A stretch of DNA of 64,000 bases from a virus (Duplodnaviria > Heunggongvirae > Uroviricota > Caudoviricetes). Shown piece by piece: positions 19,186 to 30,435 of this stretch (position 1 is the stretch's first letter; the number at the start of each line of letters is the position of its first letter). The stretch lies in the IMG/VR virus record IMGVR_UViG_3300010885_065725; one strand, given 5' to 3'. The translations under genes and the position numbers were made by a program. The notes below the pieces were generated by a model. That model was given only the letters and a program-made list of their open reading frames with translations, was not told where the DNA came from and searched no databases.

Positions 19186-19221
19186 AATCTTTTTATTAAT
19201 TAATTTTAGAGAATTTTATAT

Positions 19222-19821
19222 ATGATAATATGTATTTCTGGAACACATCGAAACGGAAAGACAACAGTTGCAAAGGAAGTAGCAGAAAGAATGTCTTTTA
19301 ATTTTGTAGAAACAAATGTTTCTTCTATGGAACTATGGAAAAAGATAGGATCTGCATCTTCTGCAGTATCTTTTGCAGAACGACTTTTTATACAGAAAGA
19401 AGTATTTTTATATATAAAAAATATTATTGAAATAAGAAATTCTAGACCAGAAAACATATATATTCTTGATCGTTCTCCTATTGATCTCATAGGATATCTT
19501 CTTGCAAATATTGATTATTCTTGTTCTTCTATTTTTGATGAAGAAGTAAAATATCTTATATATGAAATTCAAGAATTTGTTCATGAAAATATAAAAAAAT
19601 CATATTTTCTGCATCTGAATCATTTTATTCCATTTTCTCCTGAGAACGGAAAGGACAATAAAATATATAATTCTTTTGGATATCGAAAGGCAATCTCTAA
19701 CAATATTCTTGCTTCTCATGTAGAATTTATAGATGACGAAAGATGGAAAGATATCTTTCCTAATAGAGACAACGAATATGCAGTAAATATAATCTTAAAT
19801 GACATGATAAAATTATTATGA
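19222..19821 (+). CDS. P-loop nucleotide/nucleoside kinase (possibly dNMP kinase gp1-like)
   Basis: N-terminal MIICISGTHRNGKTT resembles T4 gp1 LSGVKRSGKDT. About 199 aa, kinase-sized. Confidence 0.4.
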   Translation: MIICISGTHRNGKTTVAKEVAERMSFNFVETNVSSMELWKKIGSASSAVSFAERLFIQKEVFLYIKNIIEIRNSRPENIYILDRSPIDLIGYLLANIDYSCSSIFDEEVKYLIYEIQEFVHENIKKSYFLHLNHFIPFSPENGKDNKIYNSFGYRKAISNNILASHVEFIDDERWKDIFPNRDNEYAVNIILNDMIKLL

Positions 19822-20801
19822 TAGAAGAAAAAAGAAAGGAAAAGGCAGTATTTGCATTGGAATATGCAAGAAAAAGAGGGATTCCTTATTATGAATACAA
19901 TAAAGAAGAAAGACAAATAGAATTCGAAAAAATATGCAGATCCAAATTTGCAAAGGGTATTGCAGGAGACGAAGTGCTTCAATTGTTGCATGGAATAGGA
20001 CTTGCATGGTCATATTTTCCTCATCATTGGGGAATAAAAGTGATGAAAATGAAGACTCCTCTTGATGTGTTCTATGATGATGCAATGCTTTCAAAGGCAT
20101 TGATTTCAAGAATGAAATGGGGAGGGGACACAAATATAAAAGAAGATGGATTTCTTTCTGATGCACAATTGAGAAAGGCAATTCGTACTGCATCGGGTGT
20201 GCAGTCAGTGAGCAATTTTAGACCTGTTGCTGCAGCATCTATCTATCATAAATATGCAGGTAATGGCATTGTCTGGGACATGAGTTGTGGTTTTGGTGGC
20301 AGACTCCTTGGAGCATTTGCTTCTGCAAGAGTGAAAAAATATATAGGAACAGAACCTTCTTCTCTTACGTTCGAAGGTCTGAAAAATATAAAAAAAGATT
20401 TTTCTTTTCTTCCTATGCAAGTAGAACTGCATAAATGCGGATCAGAAAATTTTATTCCTTCTTGCAGAGTAGATCTGTGTTTCACTTCTCCGCCATATTT
20501 CAATACAGAACAATATTCTGAAGAAGAGACACAATCATTCAAGAAATTCGTTACTACAGAAGAATGGAATGAAGGATTTTTGAGAAAAACGATACGCAAC
20601 TGTTTCGTGTGTTTGAATCTCAATGGATATATGATAATTAATATTGCAAATGTAAAATATCATAAGACACTAGAAGAAGATACTGTTAGAATTGCAGAAG
20701 AAGAAGGTTTCGTTCTGCACGAGACATTAAAATTGAGATTGAGCAGTCTCACCAAAGGTGGCTTCAAATATGAACCGATTTTTGTATTTAAATTGATATA
20801 G
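19818..20801 (+). CDS. DNA methyltransferase (N6-adenine or N4-cytosine; SPPY motif)
   Basis: AdoMet motif I VWDMSCGFGGR and catalytic motif IV CFTSPPYF about 70 aa later. About 140-aa N-terminal extra domain. Confidence 0.55.
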   Translation: MIEEKRKEKAVFALEYARKRGIPYYEYNKEERQIEFEKICRSKFAKGIAGDEVLQLLHGIGLAWSYFPHHWGIKVMKMKTPLDVFYDDAMLSKALISRMKWGGDTNIKEDGFLSDAQLRKAIRTASGVQSVSNFRPVAAASIYHKYAGNGIVWDMSCGFGGRLLGAFASARVKKYIGTEPSSLTFEGLKNIKKDFSFLPMQVELHKCGSENFIPSCRVDLCFTSPPYFNTEQYSEEETQSFKKFVTTEEWNEGFLRKTIRNCFVCLNLNGYMIINIANVKYHKTLEEDTVRIAEEEGFVLHETLKLRLSSLTKGGFKYEPIFVFKLI

Positions 20802-21239
20802 ATAGAGATAGATATTATATGAACGAAAAAATAACTGACGAAGAATTGTATGAAATGTGGTCATACAGTGGAAATTCTCTTTTGCAGACATTGCGAAATG
20901 TATATGCCGCAGGATATGCAAAGGCAATAGAAGAAAAAGATATTCCTGTTGCAGAAATAGAAACATTATGCGAATGAAAATAATTTTAATAACCACAATA
21001 GTAATAGGAATTTTATTATTACTTCCTTTTTGTGCAATTACCGGATTTCCACAATAAATGATAAACTGGATAGAAACAAAAATTATACAAACCTTTTTAT
21101 TGCTCACAGTGATTCTTGCTTCTCCATTTATTATCTATGCAATGATTGCCGCAGAAATTTTATATAGAAAAGAGAAAAAAGAAAAAGCTTCTGCAAAATA
21201 AAATTAACCCTTTCCCCACCCTTTTTTAGAGTATATATT

Positions 21240-21671
21240 ATGATTAGCACTTTTCATAGAGATTTAGAATGTGGATTAGCAATAGAACGTAAAGTTTTAA
21301 ATGGCATACAAAAAAAATATCCAGCATCTGTAATTATAAATGGACATAAAGGATATGATATATTTATTCCTGAACTTAATAATTACATAGAAGTAAAGTC
21401 AGATGTAAAAAGTAATGACACAGGCAATTATGTTGTTGAGATAGAAATGAGTGGTAAGTTATCTGCCTTGATGACAACGACTGCCACTTATTGGGTATTC
21501 TATGATGGTAAAACCTTTTTGTGGATACGACCAATGGACATCATAAATTGCATCTTTCAGAATAAGCTAACTTTTGTGACGTTCACAGGTAAGGGAGACA
21601 GGAATAGTAAAAAAGCATTTCTAATTAAAAAAGAAATGTTAGCCAAATATTCTATAGGAACAGAAATATAG
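21240..21671 (+). CDS. PD-(D/E)xK nuclease-fold protein
   Basis: Core motif order E (AIERK) ... GYDIFIPE ... IEVKSD (D..ExK) in a 143-aa protein. Confidence 0.4.
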   Translation: MISTFHRDLECGLAIERKVLNGIQKKYPASVIINGHKGYDIFIPELNNYIEVKSDVKSNDTGNYVVEIEMSGKLSALMTTTATYWVFYDGKTFLWIRPMDIINCIFQNKLTFVTFTGKGDRNSKKAFLIKKEMLAKYSIGTEI

Positions 21672-24308
21672 AGTTTAATAAATATTAATTATACTATTTT
21701 AGAGGATATACTATGAGATTAATTTCAATAATAATTCTGGTAGTTCTATTATTCATTTGGTTTAACATAGAAATATCTTCTAATAATCCTTGTAGTTCTT
21801 TTTCAAGAACTCCTTCACTTTGTAATTCAGATATCCACGAATAAAAAAATGTATTGATTATATTATAGAGATGTGATATAATTATTACTACTTTTTTAAT
21901 TACGTGAGAATTTTATATTATGATCAAATATACACCCATTGTAGTATCAATCCATAGAGATACCGAACATCCAATATTTGGCGAAGGTGCCATACATCTA
22001 AAATTAGAAGATGAAGCAGGAGGATTTTTCTTTGATATCAGTCAGGATGGATCTTCTTTTAGAATTGATTATGCAGAAATTTTAGAATTAGCAAAAGCAG
22101 CAAAATTCTTAATTGAAGGTGCAGGAGAATCTAATGGTTAAATATCATATTATTGTTCTATGCAAAACTATTGCAGTATTTATATTATTTGCTATATTAC
22201 TTATAGTGTTGGCAATATATCCTGTGCAAGCTTTACTTGTATTAATGTTTATATTGATATATTCTATGGTAGATTTTTACCAAAAAGGATTGGAGTGCAA
22301 TAAATTATGATGAATGATGTTACGATTAAAGGTCTTGTAGATACCTCAATTGTCAAATTAGTTATGGCAATAAATGACTACAACAAAGGTAATCCAGAAT
22401 ACGCAGAGGGAAGAATTGCTGAAGCAATTGTTACATTGAATCACATAGCAAAGCGAGAAAACTTTGCTTCTGTTGAGTTGGATAATATTTTTAAACATTG
22501 TCACGATATGGTATTGGAAGAATTATGAAATTTTTACTTTTTGTTAATGTTGCTGCAATTTTAACGAACCTTTGGTATTTACTAACTGAAGGCTATACTG
22601 ATTTACATTTTGTAGCAATAAGTATGTCTTTTGTTGCAATGATAATGGCTATATGCATGCTGATAGAGGATATATGAAAAATAATGAAGATTCAAATGAT
22701 AGAACTATTGTAGCGCACCTTGCGTGGCGATATAGATATTCTCTGAGGGCATATTATTTAGTTAGAGATAACGAAAAATCTCCTAAACTTTTAGTCGATT
22801 TAGCGTATTGTAAAGCTCAAGAAGCTTGGGATGCTTATTATTCAAGTAGGAGGTATATATAAAGATGAAAACTTATACAACACAAGTATTGGGGATCTTT
22901 GATGAAGAAGCTTATTTTTTTAAAATTCCAGATGAATTAATAGCAGATTTACAATGGAAATCTGGTGATAAGGTTGAGTGGATAGACAATGGTGATGGCT
23001 CATATTCTGTAAGGAAAGTATAATGAAATTATATAGAAAGAAACCGATTTCAGTAGAAGCAATGCAGTTTGAATATAATTCAGAATGCTTATCAAAACTT
23101 CAAGAATGGATGGGTGACAATATGAAAACATCCGGAAAAGATAGACATATTGATGCAAAAGGTTGGCTAGAAGTAATGACTCTTGAAGATGGTTTAGGAC
23201 ACAGAACTATTGCTCATATGGCAACAGAAGGTGATTATATCGTCAAAGGTTCATTTGGAGAATTCTGGGCTGTTAAGCAGCACATATTTGAAGAGACTTA
23301 TGAGGTAGTAGAATGATTAAAAAAGAGTATGATGGCAATACAGGAATGTATTATTATGTTTATAAAGATATTAGGTTTAGTGTTTCTAATGAATCTTTAT
23401 CAGAAATTTATGATATTGATGTAATCGAAGAAATCAAACGTGGTATTGATATCGCATTAACAGGATACAATATTGAACCTGTGGTAGATTTAATTAACAA
23501 AACTGCTAAACTGATTATTACTAAGAGGGTTGTATAATGATAACAATTGAAGAAGCAAAAGATATACTGATAGAAGAACTACAATTAGAAAACATTAAGT
23601 TAAAAAAACTCAATGAACTATTGGAATCACGATGCGCCAATATGGAAATTCTTTATAAAAATGTTAAAGGAGATTACCTGATATGATTGAACAAGAAATG
23701 GAAATGGTACTGGTAGAAACAATTTCACAATATCGTATTAGATATGTTGTAGAAGTTCCAGTAGGCAAAACAGACTGGGCATTGGATACAGTAACTTGTG
23801 ATATGGCAAAAGAGTTCTCTCAACAATTTGTAGGAGAATCCCTTTTATCTTCCAGAGTGATTGAAGAAGAAGAAATGCTGGAACTTTTCGTACAAGATAA
23901 TGCATATGCCAAGAGCTGGTCTATTGAAACTATCTACGAAAACTGCGTAACTTCAGACAAGGATATGCAATGAACTTTGATATAAACCGAATGAAGGAAG
24001 CATTAGAATGCCCAACAATTGATCTGGAGGAATTCAAACTTATGATAGAGAAAGGTACAGCAATCTGGAAAGATGTTCCTGAAAATTGGTTAGAAGATTT
24101 GAGAGGTAATATTGATGAAGAGTATTGAAGAATTAAGGAAAGAATATGATGATGCTAAAGATTTTCTCAATGCTACATGGGAAGCTCTTAATGTTATTGA
24201 CAATAGTTTACAGAATGCTCATAAGCAGTATACTGATGCATATGAAAAGGTATCTAAATGTGCAGATGCATTATATCCTGCTACTTGGGAAGATTATACA
24301 AAATAAGT

Positions 24309-24337
24309 GTTTACTTTCTCCATATAGGTAGTATAAT
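24309..24337 (+). promoter_or_regulatory. early promoter cassette copy 1 (GTTTAC-17-TATAAT)
   Basis: GTTTAC 24309-24314, TATAAT 24332-24337, conserved leader, GAGAG ribosome-binding site, ATG at 24369 (likely true start MTDNRLF of ORF 24258..24632). Confidence 0.6.
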
Positions 24338-24821
24338 AAGACATACTTTGAAATTGAGAGATTATATTATGACTGATAACAGACTATTTAGAAGTGAACA
24401 AGATGTTCGTGAATATTTCATAGATACAATTGCTATGACAAATTCTCCGATGAGACGAAATATTTTAATAAAAGGGATTTATATTGATGCCAAATTAAGA
24501 AGAGAAATCTTAACAGGTGAATTTGCTGGAAAGGTTACGATCCAAGGTAAAGTAGTAGAATACGAATTTAAAAATTTAGGTGGTGGTGTGTATAGTTGCA
24601 GTGTTACTGGCAAATGGGGTTACAATGACTAGACAAGAAGAATTCCAAGCAGAACTCAAAGCACTGCTTAAGAAATATGACGCTGAGATTAGTCTTCAAG
24701 ATGTTGGTACTTGGGACAATGATAACATAATAGTATTTTATGGTAATACAAAATGGGATATAGATGGTGATATAATCGAAGGATTTGAGTTCACTGGAAG
24801 ATATTTTGATGGAGGTGAATA

Positions 24822-25349
24822 ATGATTGACGTTATAGAGTTATTAAAAAGGGCATCAACTTGTGCATTTTATGCAGAGAATATTAAGTTGTATGAGGACA
24901 TTAATAGTTACTTAGAAGATCCAGGAGCAGAGACAAGTAATGATTTAATAAATGATATTAATTATCTTATAACAGCTTTTGAGAACGGTGCTGATGCTGA
25001 TGATTATTGGGGAGATATTAGTGACCTTAGATACAATTTATTAAATGTCGAAGAAGCTCTTTTTCGAAAACTTGTTCAAGAGCCTGTTGCTTGGATGTAT
25101 GAACGCGAACACGAAAATTTTACAGAGCTTACTTTATCAGTAGGGTTTGAAAAGAATTTTGATGGAATAACAACACCACTATACGAAATTCCGCCAAAAT
25201 GTGAGCCTTCAAAACGTGAGCCTTTGATTAACGATGTTATAAAGAAAGAATTGACTCATCAAATCAGTTTTGTATACAGAGATGCTTTCGTTGACGGTAT
25301 TTTATATGCAGAACAACAACACGGTATTGGAGTTAAAGATGAGTCTTGA
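24822..25349 (+). CDS. family B-related protein (QEPVAW motif)
   Basis: Contains LVQEPVAWMYERE and PLYEIPPKCEP, shared with other family B members. Confidence 0.4.
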   Translation: MIDVIELLKRASTCAFYAENIKLYEDINSYLEDPGAETSNDLINDINYLITAFENGADADDYWGDISDLRYNLLNVEEALFRKLVQEPVAWMYEREHENFTELTLSVGFEKNFDGITTPLYEIPPKCEPSKREPLINDVIKKELTHQISFVYRDAFVDGILYAEQQHGIGVKDES

Positions 25350-25689
25350 AAGAGAGTTGTTAAAGAAGTGGGTTGATAAGTGTATGTGGCGAGGTTCTAA
25401 CATGAGCCTACTCGAAGAAACTAAAGAATTACTTGCCCGACCTGAAACTACTCAAGATCGTGATTTAGCATATATAGAAGCCTCAAGTTTGGCATTAAGT
25501 TTACATAAGAAATTTTATGCAGAAGAATCTCCGAATTTTGGATTATGTGATTCTACAGCAGGAATTATTACTCAAATTAATAATATGACTTGTGGACTGA
25601 TGAAAATACCAGATGAACCTGAACAAGAGCCTGTGGCTTGGCAATATAGAACAAAACCAAATTGGACCGGAAATTGGTCAAAGTGGTAA
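25270..25689 (+). CDS. family B paralog (likely starts at MSLERELLKK, about 25340)
   Basis: MSLERELLKK N-terminus and EQEPVAWQYR. Confidence 0.4.
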   Translation: MYTEMLSLTVFYMQNNNTVLELKMSLERELLKKWVDKCMWRGSNMSLLEETKELLARPETTQDRDLAYIEASSLALSLHKKFYAEESPNFGLCDSTAGIITQINNMTCGLMKIPDEPEQEPVAWQYRTKPNWTGNWSKW

Positions 25690-26138
25690 GATTGTAGAAA
25701 GGAATCTTATGAAGATTATATAAGAGTTCCTTTATTACACGATTGGACTTATGAAACTAGAGAACTCTACACATCACCAAAACGTGAGTCTAAGAGTGAT
25801 GATGAATCATATTATCAACACATAAAAGAACATAAACAACAATGTGAAGATGATTTTATCAACCAACAAAGTGAAGAGCAGTGGTATGCAAATAGTCTAG
25901 GAGAAGACGATGAGTAATTTATTGTTATTTACATTAGATTATATTGAAAGAGATGAAAATGGTAATATTTGTTGCGAGTCTTATGGATACCCTATAGAAG
26001 CAACCTCGATGACTATGGCGATTATGCAATTTTATTATGCTGAATCAACTAATAAAAATTATCATATTATTATGATTAAAGAAATATTAAAATCAAGTTG
26101 GGAATATGAGAAAGTGAGAAGGAGAATGGAGGTGAATA

Positions 26139-26822
26139 ATGAGTGAAAACCTAAGATTACCTATACCTTTTAATATGGGCAAAGGTGAAACAGACCACCC
26201 TATATTATCTATAGGTAGTTCTTATAGTGCACTTAGAGATGATGTGAGTACTTGGTTGGATGCACATACAACAAGTGGTTGGAAATTTAATTATGACCAT
26301 AATGAATATTGCTTATGGTTTGAGGATTTAAATGATATGAATTTATTTATTAAAACATACTCATATAACATAATAGAGAAGAAGATGAAACCAATTAAAA
26401 TTAACAAAAACACTTGGCACTATCAAGTTGCCACAAAATATACATATCGTGATATTCACTTTGTAGAAAGTATCTGTGAATATAATCGCAGGGTGTTTAT
26501 GGGACTTGCTGCTATTTGTCTAATTATACTTGCATCGTCTTTAGCATTATTGATATTACTTTCGCCAATCTTTTATACTGTACTCCATCTAATATATGGA
26601 TTAGAGTTTGATTCTGATTCAACTGAATCTGCTTTGATAGTAGCTGGTATAGGGTTTTACATGGGTATTCTTGGAATTTACATAGCACATTTACTTACAG
26701 AACGAGAATATAAAAAAGTCTATGAAATGCCAGAAAATGGTATAGAACGAAAAGATTCCTATATCAAGTCAGCGTGGAAGTCATTCAAAGATAAAGTTTG
26801 TGTTAAAGTAGAGTTTGAGTAA
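26139..26822 (+). CDS. membrane protein
   Basis: 227 aa with C-terminal multi-pass hydrophobic region (GLAAICLIILASSLALLILL; AGIGFYMGILGIYIAHLL). Confidence 0.4.
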   Translation: MSENLRLPIPFNMGKGETDHPILSIGSSYSALRDDVSTWLDAHTTSGWKFNYDHNEYCLWFEDLNDMNLFIKTYSYNIIEKKMKPIKINKNTWHYQVATKYTYRDIHFVESICEYNRRVFMGLAAICLIILASSLALLILLSPIFYTVLHLIYGLEFDSDSTESALIVAGIGFYMGILGIYIAHLLTEREYKKVYEMPENGIERKDSYIKSAWKSFKDKVCVKVEFE

Positions 26823-26829
26823 AATAAGT

Positions 26830-26858
26830 GTTTACTTTTATCTCTGATGTAGTATAAT
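26830..26858 (+). promoter_or_regulatory. early promoter cassette copy 2
   Basis: GTTTAC 26830-26835, 17-bp spacer, TATAAT 26853-26858. The same ~70-bp block as copies 1 and 3 runs through to the ATG at 26893. Confidence 0.6.
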
Positions 26859-26892
26859 AAGTTATACTTTTTTAGAAACGAGAGATTATATT

Positions 26893-27093
26893 ATGAATAA
26901 TAAAATTAAAGAACTTGCAGAAGAATCTGGCGTTAGGTTTTGGCATTCTGTATTCGAAAATGATTATGAAAATTTTGATATAGAAATGTTTGCTAATTTA
27001 ATTATAGAAGAGTGTGCAGATGCCTTGTATAAAAGCAGACAGCGTTATGCATCAGAATTTATACTTGAACAGTTTGGAGAAAAAGATGTCTAA
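26893..27093 (+). CDS. family A small protein (MNxKIKELA / EKFAELLI-type)
   Basis: MNNKIKELAEESG...FANLIIEECADALY. Paralogs at 28051, 28318, 28851, 30241, 35677 and 27537. Confidence 0.45.
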   Translation: MNNKIKELAEESGVRFWHSVFENDYENFDIEMFANLIIEECADALYKSRQRYASEFILEQFGEKDV

Positions 27094-27547
27094 AGAAAGA
27101 GAGTTGTTAAAACAGATACAGCAGTTTTTACAGTGTGATTGTGAAGATATTTATGGATTTGCTAGTGATATCGAAGAACTTTTAACACAACCTGAGCCTC
27201 GGCAGGATAGCCATTGCTATTGGTGCGATGGTGAATATGATGCTGGAGCAAGACTAGCCAAACTTGAACAAGAGCCTGTGGCTTGGATTGATGCGGGAAG
27301 TCTTAAGAGCTTACAAGCGACTACAGGTTATGCACTACGGTATTTAACAAATGATACTGAAAATCTTAATGTTGATGATGTGCCGCTTTATCTAGCACCA
27401 CCAAAACCTGAGCCAGCACCAATACCTCAACGTGCGCCAATGACACAGAGAGAAGCGTACCAAAGAGGTTACAACGCAGCAGTACGTGACTTAAAACAAA
27501 AAGTAGATAGTGTTTTTAATTTAATTATGGAGAAGGATGATGTATAA
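27014..27547 (+). CDS. family B protein (true start MSKERELLKQ at about 27084)
   Basis: MSKERELLK, EQEPVAW, PLYLAPPKPEP, C-terminal YNAAVRDLKQKVDSVFNLIME. Start overlaps the stop of the upstream family A gene. Confidence 0.45.
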   Translation: MQMPCIKADSVMHQNLYLNSLEKKMSKERELLKQIQQFLQCDCEDIYGFASDIEELLTQPEPRQDSHCYWCDGEYDAGARLAKLEQEPVAWIDAGSLKSLQATTGYALRYLTNDTENLNVDDVPLYLAPPKPEPAPIPQRAPMTQREAYQRGYNAAVRDLKQKVDSVFNLIMEKDDV

Positions 27548-27827
27548 AGAAAAGATTGAAAAATTTTGGTATGATGCGCAACATCCTTTTTATGTTCGCT
27601 ACTGCGAACCTGAAGTATTGGAAAAATTTGCCGAATTGCTGATTAAAAATATCATTGATGAAATATCACAGTATCATTCTTCGACAATCAATGCTGGATT
27701 TATTCCAGAAAACCCTACTAATGAACACTATGAAGAATGGGGATATATCAAGGGAATCAATTGTGGGTATAATGATGCAGTAGAACAGATTGTCGATGGT
27801 TTAAGTACATATTATGGAATAAAATAA
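27537..27827 (+). CDS. family A-related protein
   Basis: LEKFAELLIKNIIDE motif. Confidence 0.35.
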   Translation: MMYKEKIEKFWYDAQHPFYVRYCEPEVLEKFAELLIKNIIDEISQYHSSTINAGFIPENPTNEHYEEWGYIKGINCGYNDAVEQIVDGLSTYYGIK

Positions 27828-28050
27828 TGAGTAGAGAAATATTTGACTTACCACCCTATGACGAAATCTGGAATACCAAACCAAAACCAGAAATTACAAT
27901 GACAACTGTTGAAAATTCAGAATGGAAATGTTATCTTTTTGGTAGCATGGATGGCAATGGTCTTGTATTTCAACCAAGGAAGGGATCAGAGCCTAATTGG
28001 TTTTGGAGAAAGATGCAGTTTTTAATTTTCGGAAACAGATGGGTAAAGTA

Positions 28051-28314
28051 ATGAACGATAGAATTAAAGAATTTGCAGAAAAAGCAGAAAAATATACTAG
28101 CGATAAGAATCCTGAAGAAGATTCATATGGTCGCCCTGTTAATGAAAAAAAGTATATATATGATCGTGATGCAAAGTTTGCTGAATTGATTGCGAAGGAA
28201 ATTCTCAATATAGCGGATGAATGCGATACCTTTAGCCAGAACCCAGAATGGTTAATATGTGAAAGATTGGGTATCAACCATGACTGGCGAAGACAAGATA
28301 ATTTTTGGAGTTGA
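28051..28314 (+). CDS. family A-related protein
   Basis: MNDRIKEFAEKAE...FAELIAKEILNIADECD (start chosen at an internal Met of ORF 27997..28314). Confidence 0.35.
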   Translation: MNDRIKEFAEKAEKYTSDKNPEEDSYGRPVNEKKYIYDRDAKFAELIAKEILNIADECDTFSQNPEWLICERLGINHDWRRQDNFWS

Positions 28315-28317
28315 AGA

Positions 28318-28662
28318 ATGAACGATAAAATCAAAGAACTTGCAATACGGTCAGGTGTGGTTGAGTCTCACGTAGATTGGGAAGCTGCTGGTGGTAATCT
28401 TCTTGAAAAGTTTGCCGAGTTGCTTATCGTAGATTGTATAAGACTCTGTGCTAAAATTGAGGATAGTTATCTTGAAGGAGACGATTCCAATACTGATATT
28501 GCTATTGGTGCTGCCGTCTGTGGATATGATATTGGAAAGTATTTTGGAGTAGATATACAAGAACCTAAAAAGGTTTGTAAAAATAAAATAGATGGAAGTT
28601 GTACATTACACAACATCTTTTGTGGATATCCAGAATGTGAAATATTGAAAGGGGAAGAATAA
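28318..28662 (+). CDS. family A protein
   Basis: MNDKIKELAIRSGV...LEKFAELLIVDCIRLC. Confidence 0.4.
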   Translation: MNDKIKELAIRSGVVESHVDWEAAGGNLLEKFAELLIVDCIRLCAKIEDSYLEGDDSNTDIAIGAAVCGYDIGKYFGVDIQEPKKVCKNKIDGSCTLHNIFCGYPECEILKGEE

Positions 28663-28850
28663 TGGAATTTTTAGATAATGAAGAGATCTCAACAGAAACA
28701 CGATTAAAAGCAGCTAATATTTTTTCAGATTTATTAAATATTAGTATTATTGCATTAGAAAAACAACTTGAATTAGAAAAGCAACTTGAATATGAGCATT
28801 CTACAAAGAATTGGGCAGCAGATCAAGAAGGTATTCAGAGGATGGGATTA

Positions 28851-29035
28851 TGAATAAGAAAATGATTAACAACATTGCATTTGATTGTTATTCAAATGTA
28901 AACAATGATTTTGACACGGTAAAGTTTGCTGAATTGATTATCCAAGAATGTATGAACCAATGTTTTAGTGAAGATGATGAACAACGTATTGCCAAATATT
29001 TTGGGTATCATATTGAGGAAGAAGATAATGAGTAA
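28851..29035 (+). CDS. family A protein
   Basis: MNKKMINNIAFDCY...VKFAELIIQECMNQC...YFGYHIEEEDNE (start at an internal Met of ORF 28811..29035). Confidence 0.35.
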
Positions 29036-29384
29036 AGAAAGAGAGTTATTGAAGAGGGTCATAGAAATCGATGATGGTAATGGAGATTTCTATATTGACG
29101 GAAAACTAGAATTTGATATAAAAGAATTGCTCGCCCAGACTGAGCAAGATGAAAAATTAAAAGTTGATTTTCAAACACTTAGCGAGATGGGATTAAAACG
29201 ATTACAAGTTGGTGATAATTTAGTTCTACAAGAAAGCTGTGCTAAATCACCTACTTTAATAATTGCTGAAAATGGGAATGTGATGGAGATTATAGAGTAC
29301 AAAAAATTACTTGAAATTAGGAGTTTTATTGATGAAATTTTAAATTACGCAGATACACCTCAAATAGGAGAACTAAATGAGTAA
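29029..29384 (+). CDS. family B-related protein (N-terminal MSKERELLKR only)
   Basis: Shares the MSKERELLK N-terminus but lacks QEPVAW. Overlaps the upstream family A gene. Confidence 0.35.
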
Positions 29385-29718
29385 AGAAAGAGAGTTACTG
29401 AAGAAGATTTGGGAAGATCTTGATGCTGACAGAGATAATTACAATGCGTTATGCGATGAGATAGAAGGACTACTCGAAACCCCTAAGCAAGAGCCTGTTG
29501 CTTGGGTTAGTAAACTAACAGGATTTATTACTACAGAAGATCAAGGTGATACTTCATCTTGGGTACCACTCTACCTAGCACCACCAAAACCTGAAATCTT
29601 AACGCATAAACAAGATGTAGAAGCATACAAAAGAGTTTTCTACACGGGGTACAACGCAGCAGTCCGTGATTTAAAACGAAAAGTAGACAGCGTCTTTAAT
29701 TTAATTATGGAGGAATAA
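29377..29718 (+). CDS. family B protein
   Basis: MSKERELLKK, KQEPVAWVSK, PLYLAPPKPE, YNAAVRDLKRKVDSVFNLIMEE. Confidence 0.45.
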   Translation: MSKERELLKKIWEDLDADRDNYNALCDEIEGLLETPKQEPVAWVSKLTGFITTEDQGDTSSWVPLYLAPPKPEILTHKQDVEAYKRVFYTGYNAAVRDLKRKVDSVFNLIMEE

Positions 29719-30240
29719 TGACAGTATTAAGTGTTTCGCCTATCTACCAAGCTAAGTGTGAGTATGCAGATTTGGAGTATTTTTCGGAAGCAATTTATGA
29801 ACAACTTTCTAAGTATTGTGTAGAGAATATTAACAATATGGATATGGAAGATTTAGTTGCTGGCTACTTTGAAGTTTATATTAATTGGAAAAGAAGATGA
29901 ACATATTCAATAAATTTAATGTAATAGATACGCAGACTAGAATTATGTCTGATTTTGGCAAGGGGTTTACTTCTGATGTAAAATCAGAATTATCTTATGA
30001 AGATAATAGTCCTTGGAGTCAGGTGTATGAATACAGAACTTTATTGAGAGTCAGATTTAGTGCTGGTAAACAAGATTATGATATGGCATTGGAAAATGCT
30101 AAGAAGCAGACTCAAAGTTATCTTTATAATGATGTATTAATATCATTGCTTGAAATGAAAACTTGTGTGTATAATGGTGATGCTCGTGCTACACTAGAAG
30201 AAATAGATAAACTTAGAAACCTGATAATGGATATTGACTA

Positions 30241-30435
30241 ATGAATGAAAATATAAAAGAACTTGCAAAACAGTCTGGTATTGAAATATATGGATTAGGC
30301 AAAGATAGAACCAAATGGGAAAATAGTTTAGAAAAGTTTGCTGAATTGATTGTGGAAGACTGTCTTGAATTATGTACTGATAGTGATACATATATTGATA
30401 TATCAGAACATTTTGGCATTGAGGATGAAGAATGA
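30241..30435 (+). CDS. family A protein
   Basis: MNENIKELAKQSGIE...LEKFAELIVEDCLELC...HFGIEDEE. Confidence 0.4.
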   Translation: MNENIKELAKQSGIEIYGLGKDRTKWENSLEKFAELIVEDCLELCTDSDTYIDISEHFGIEDEE

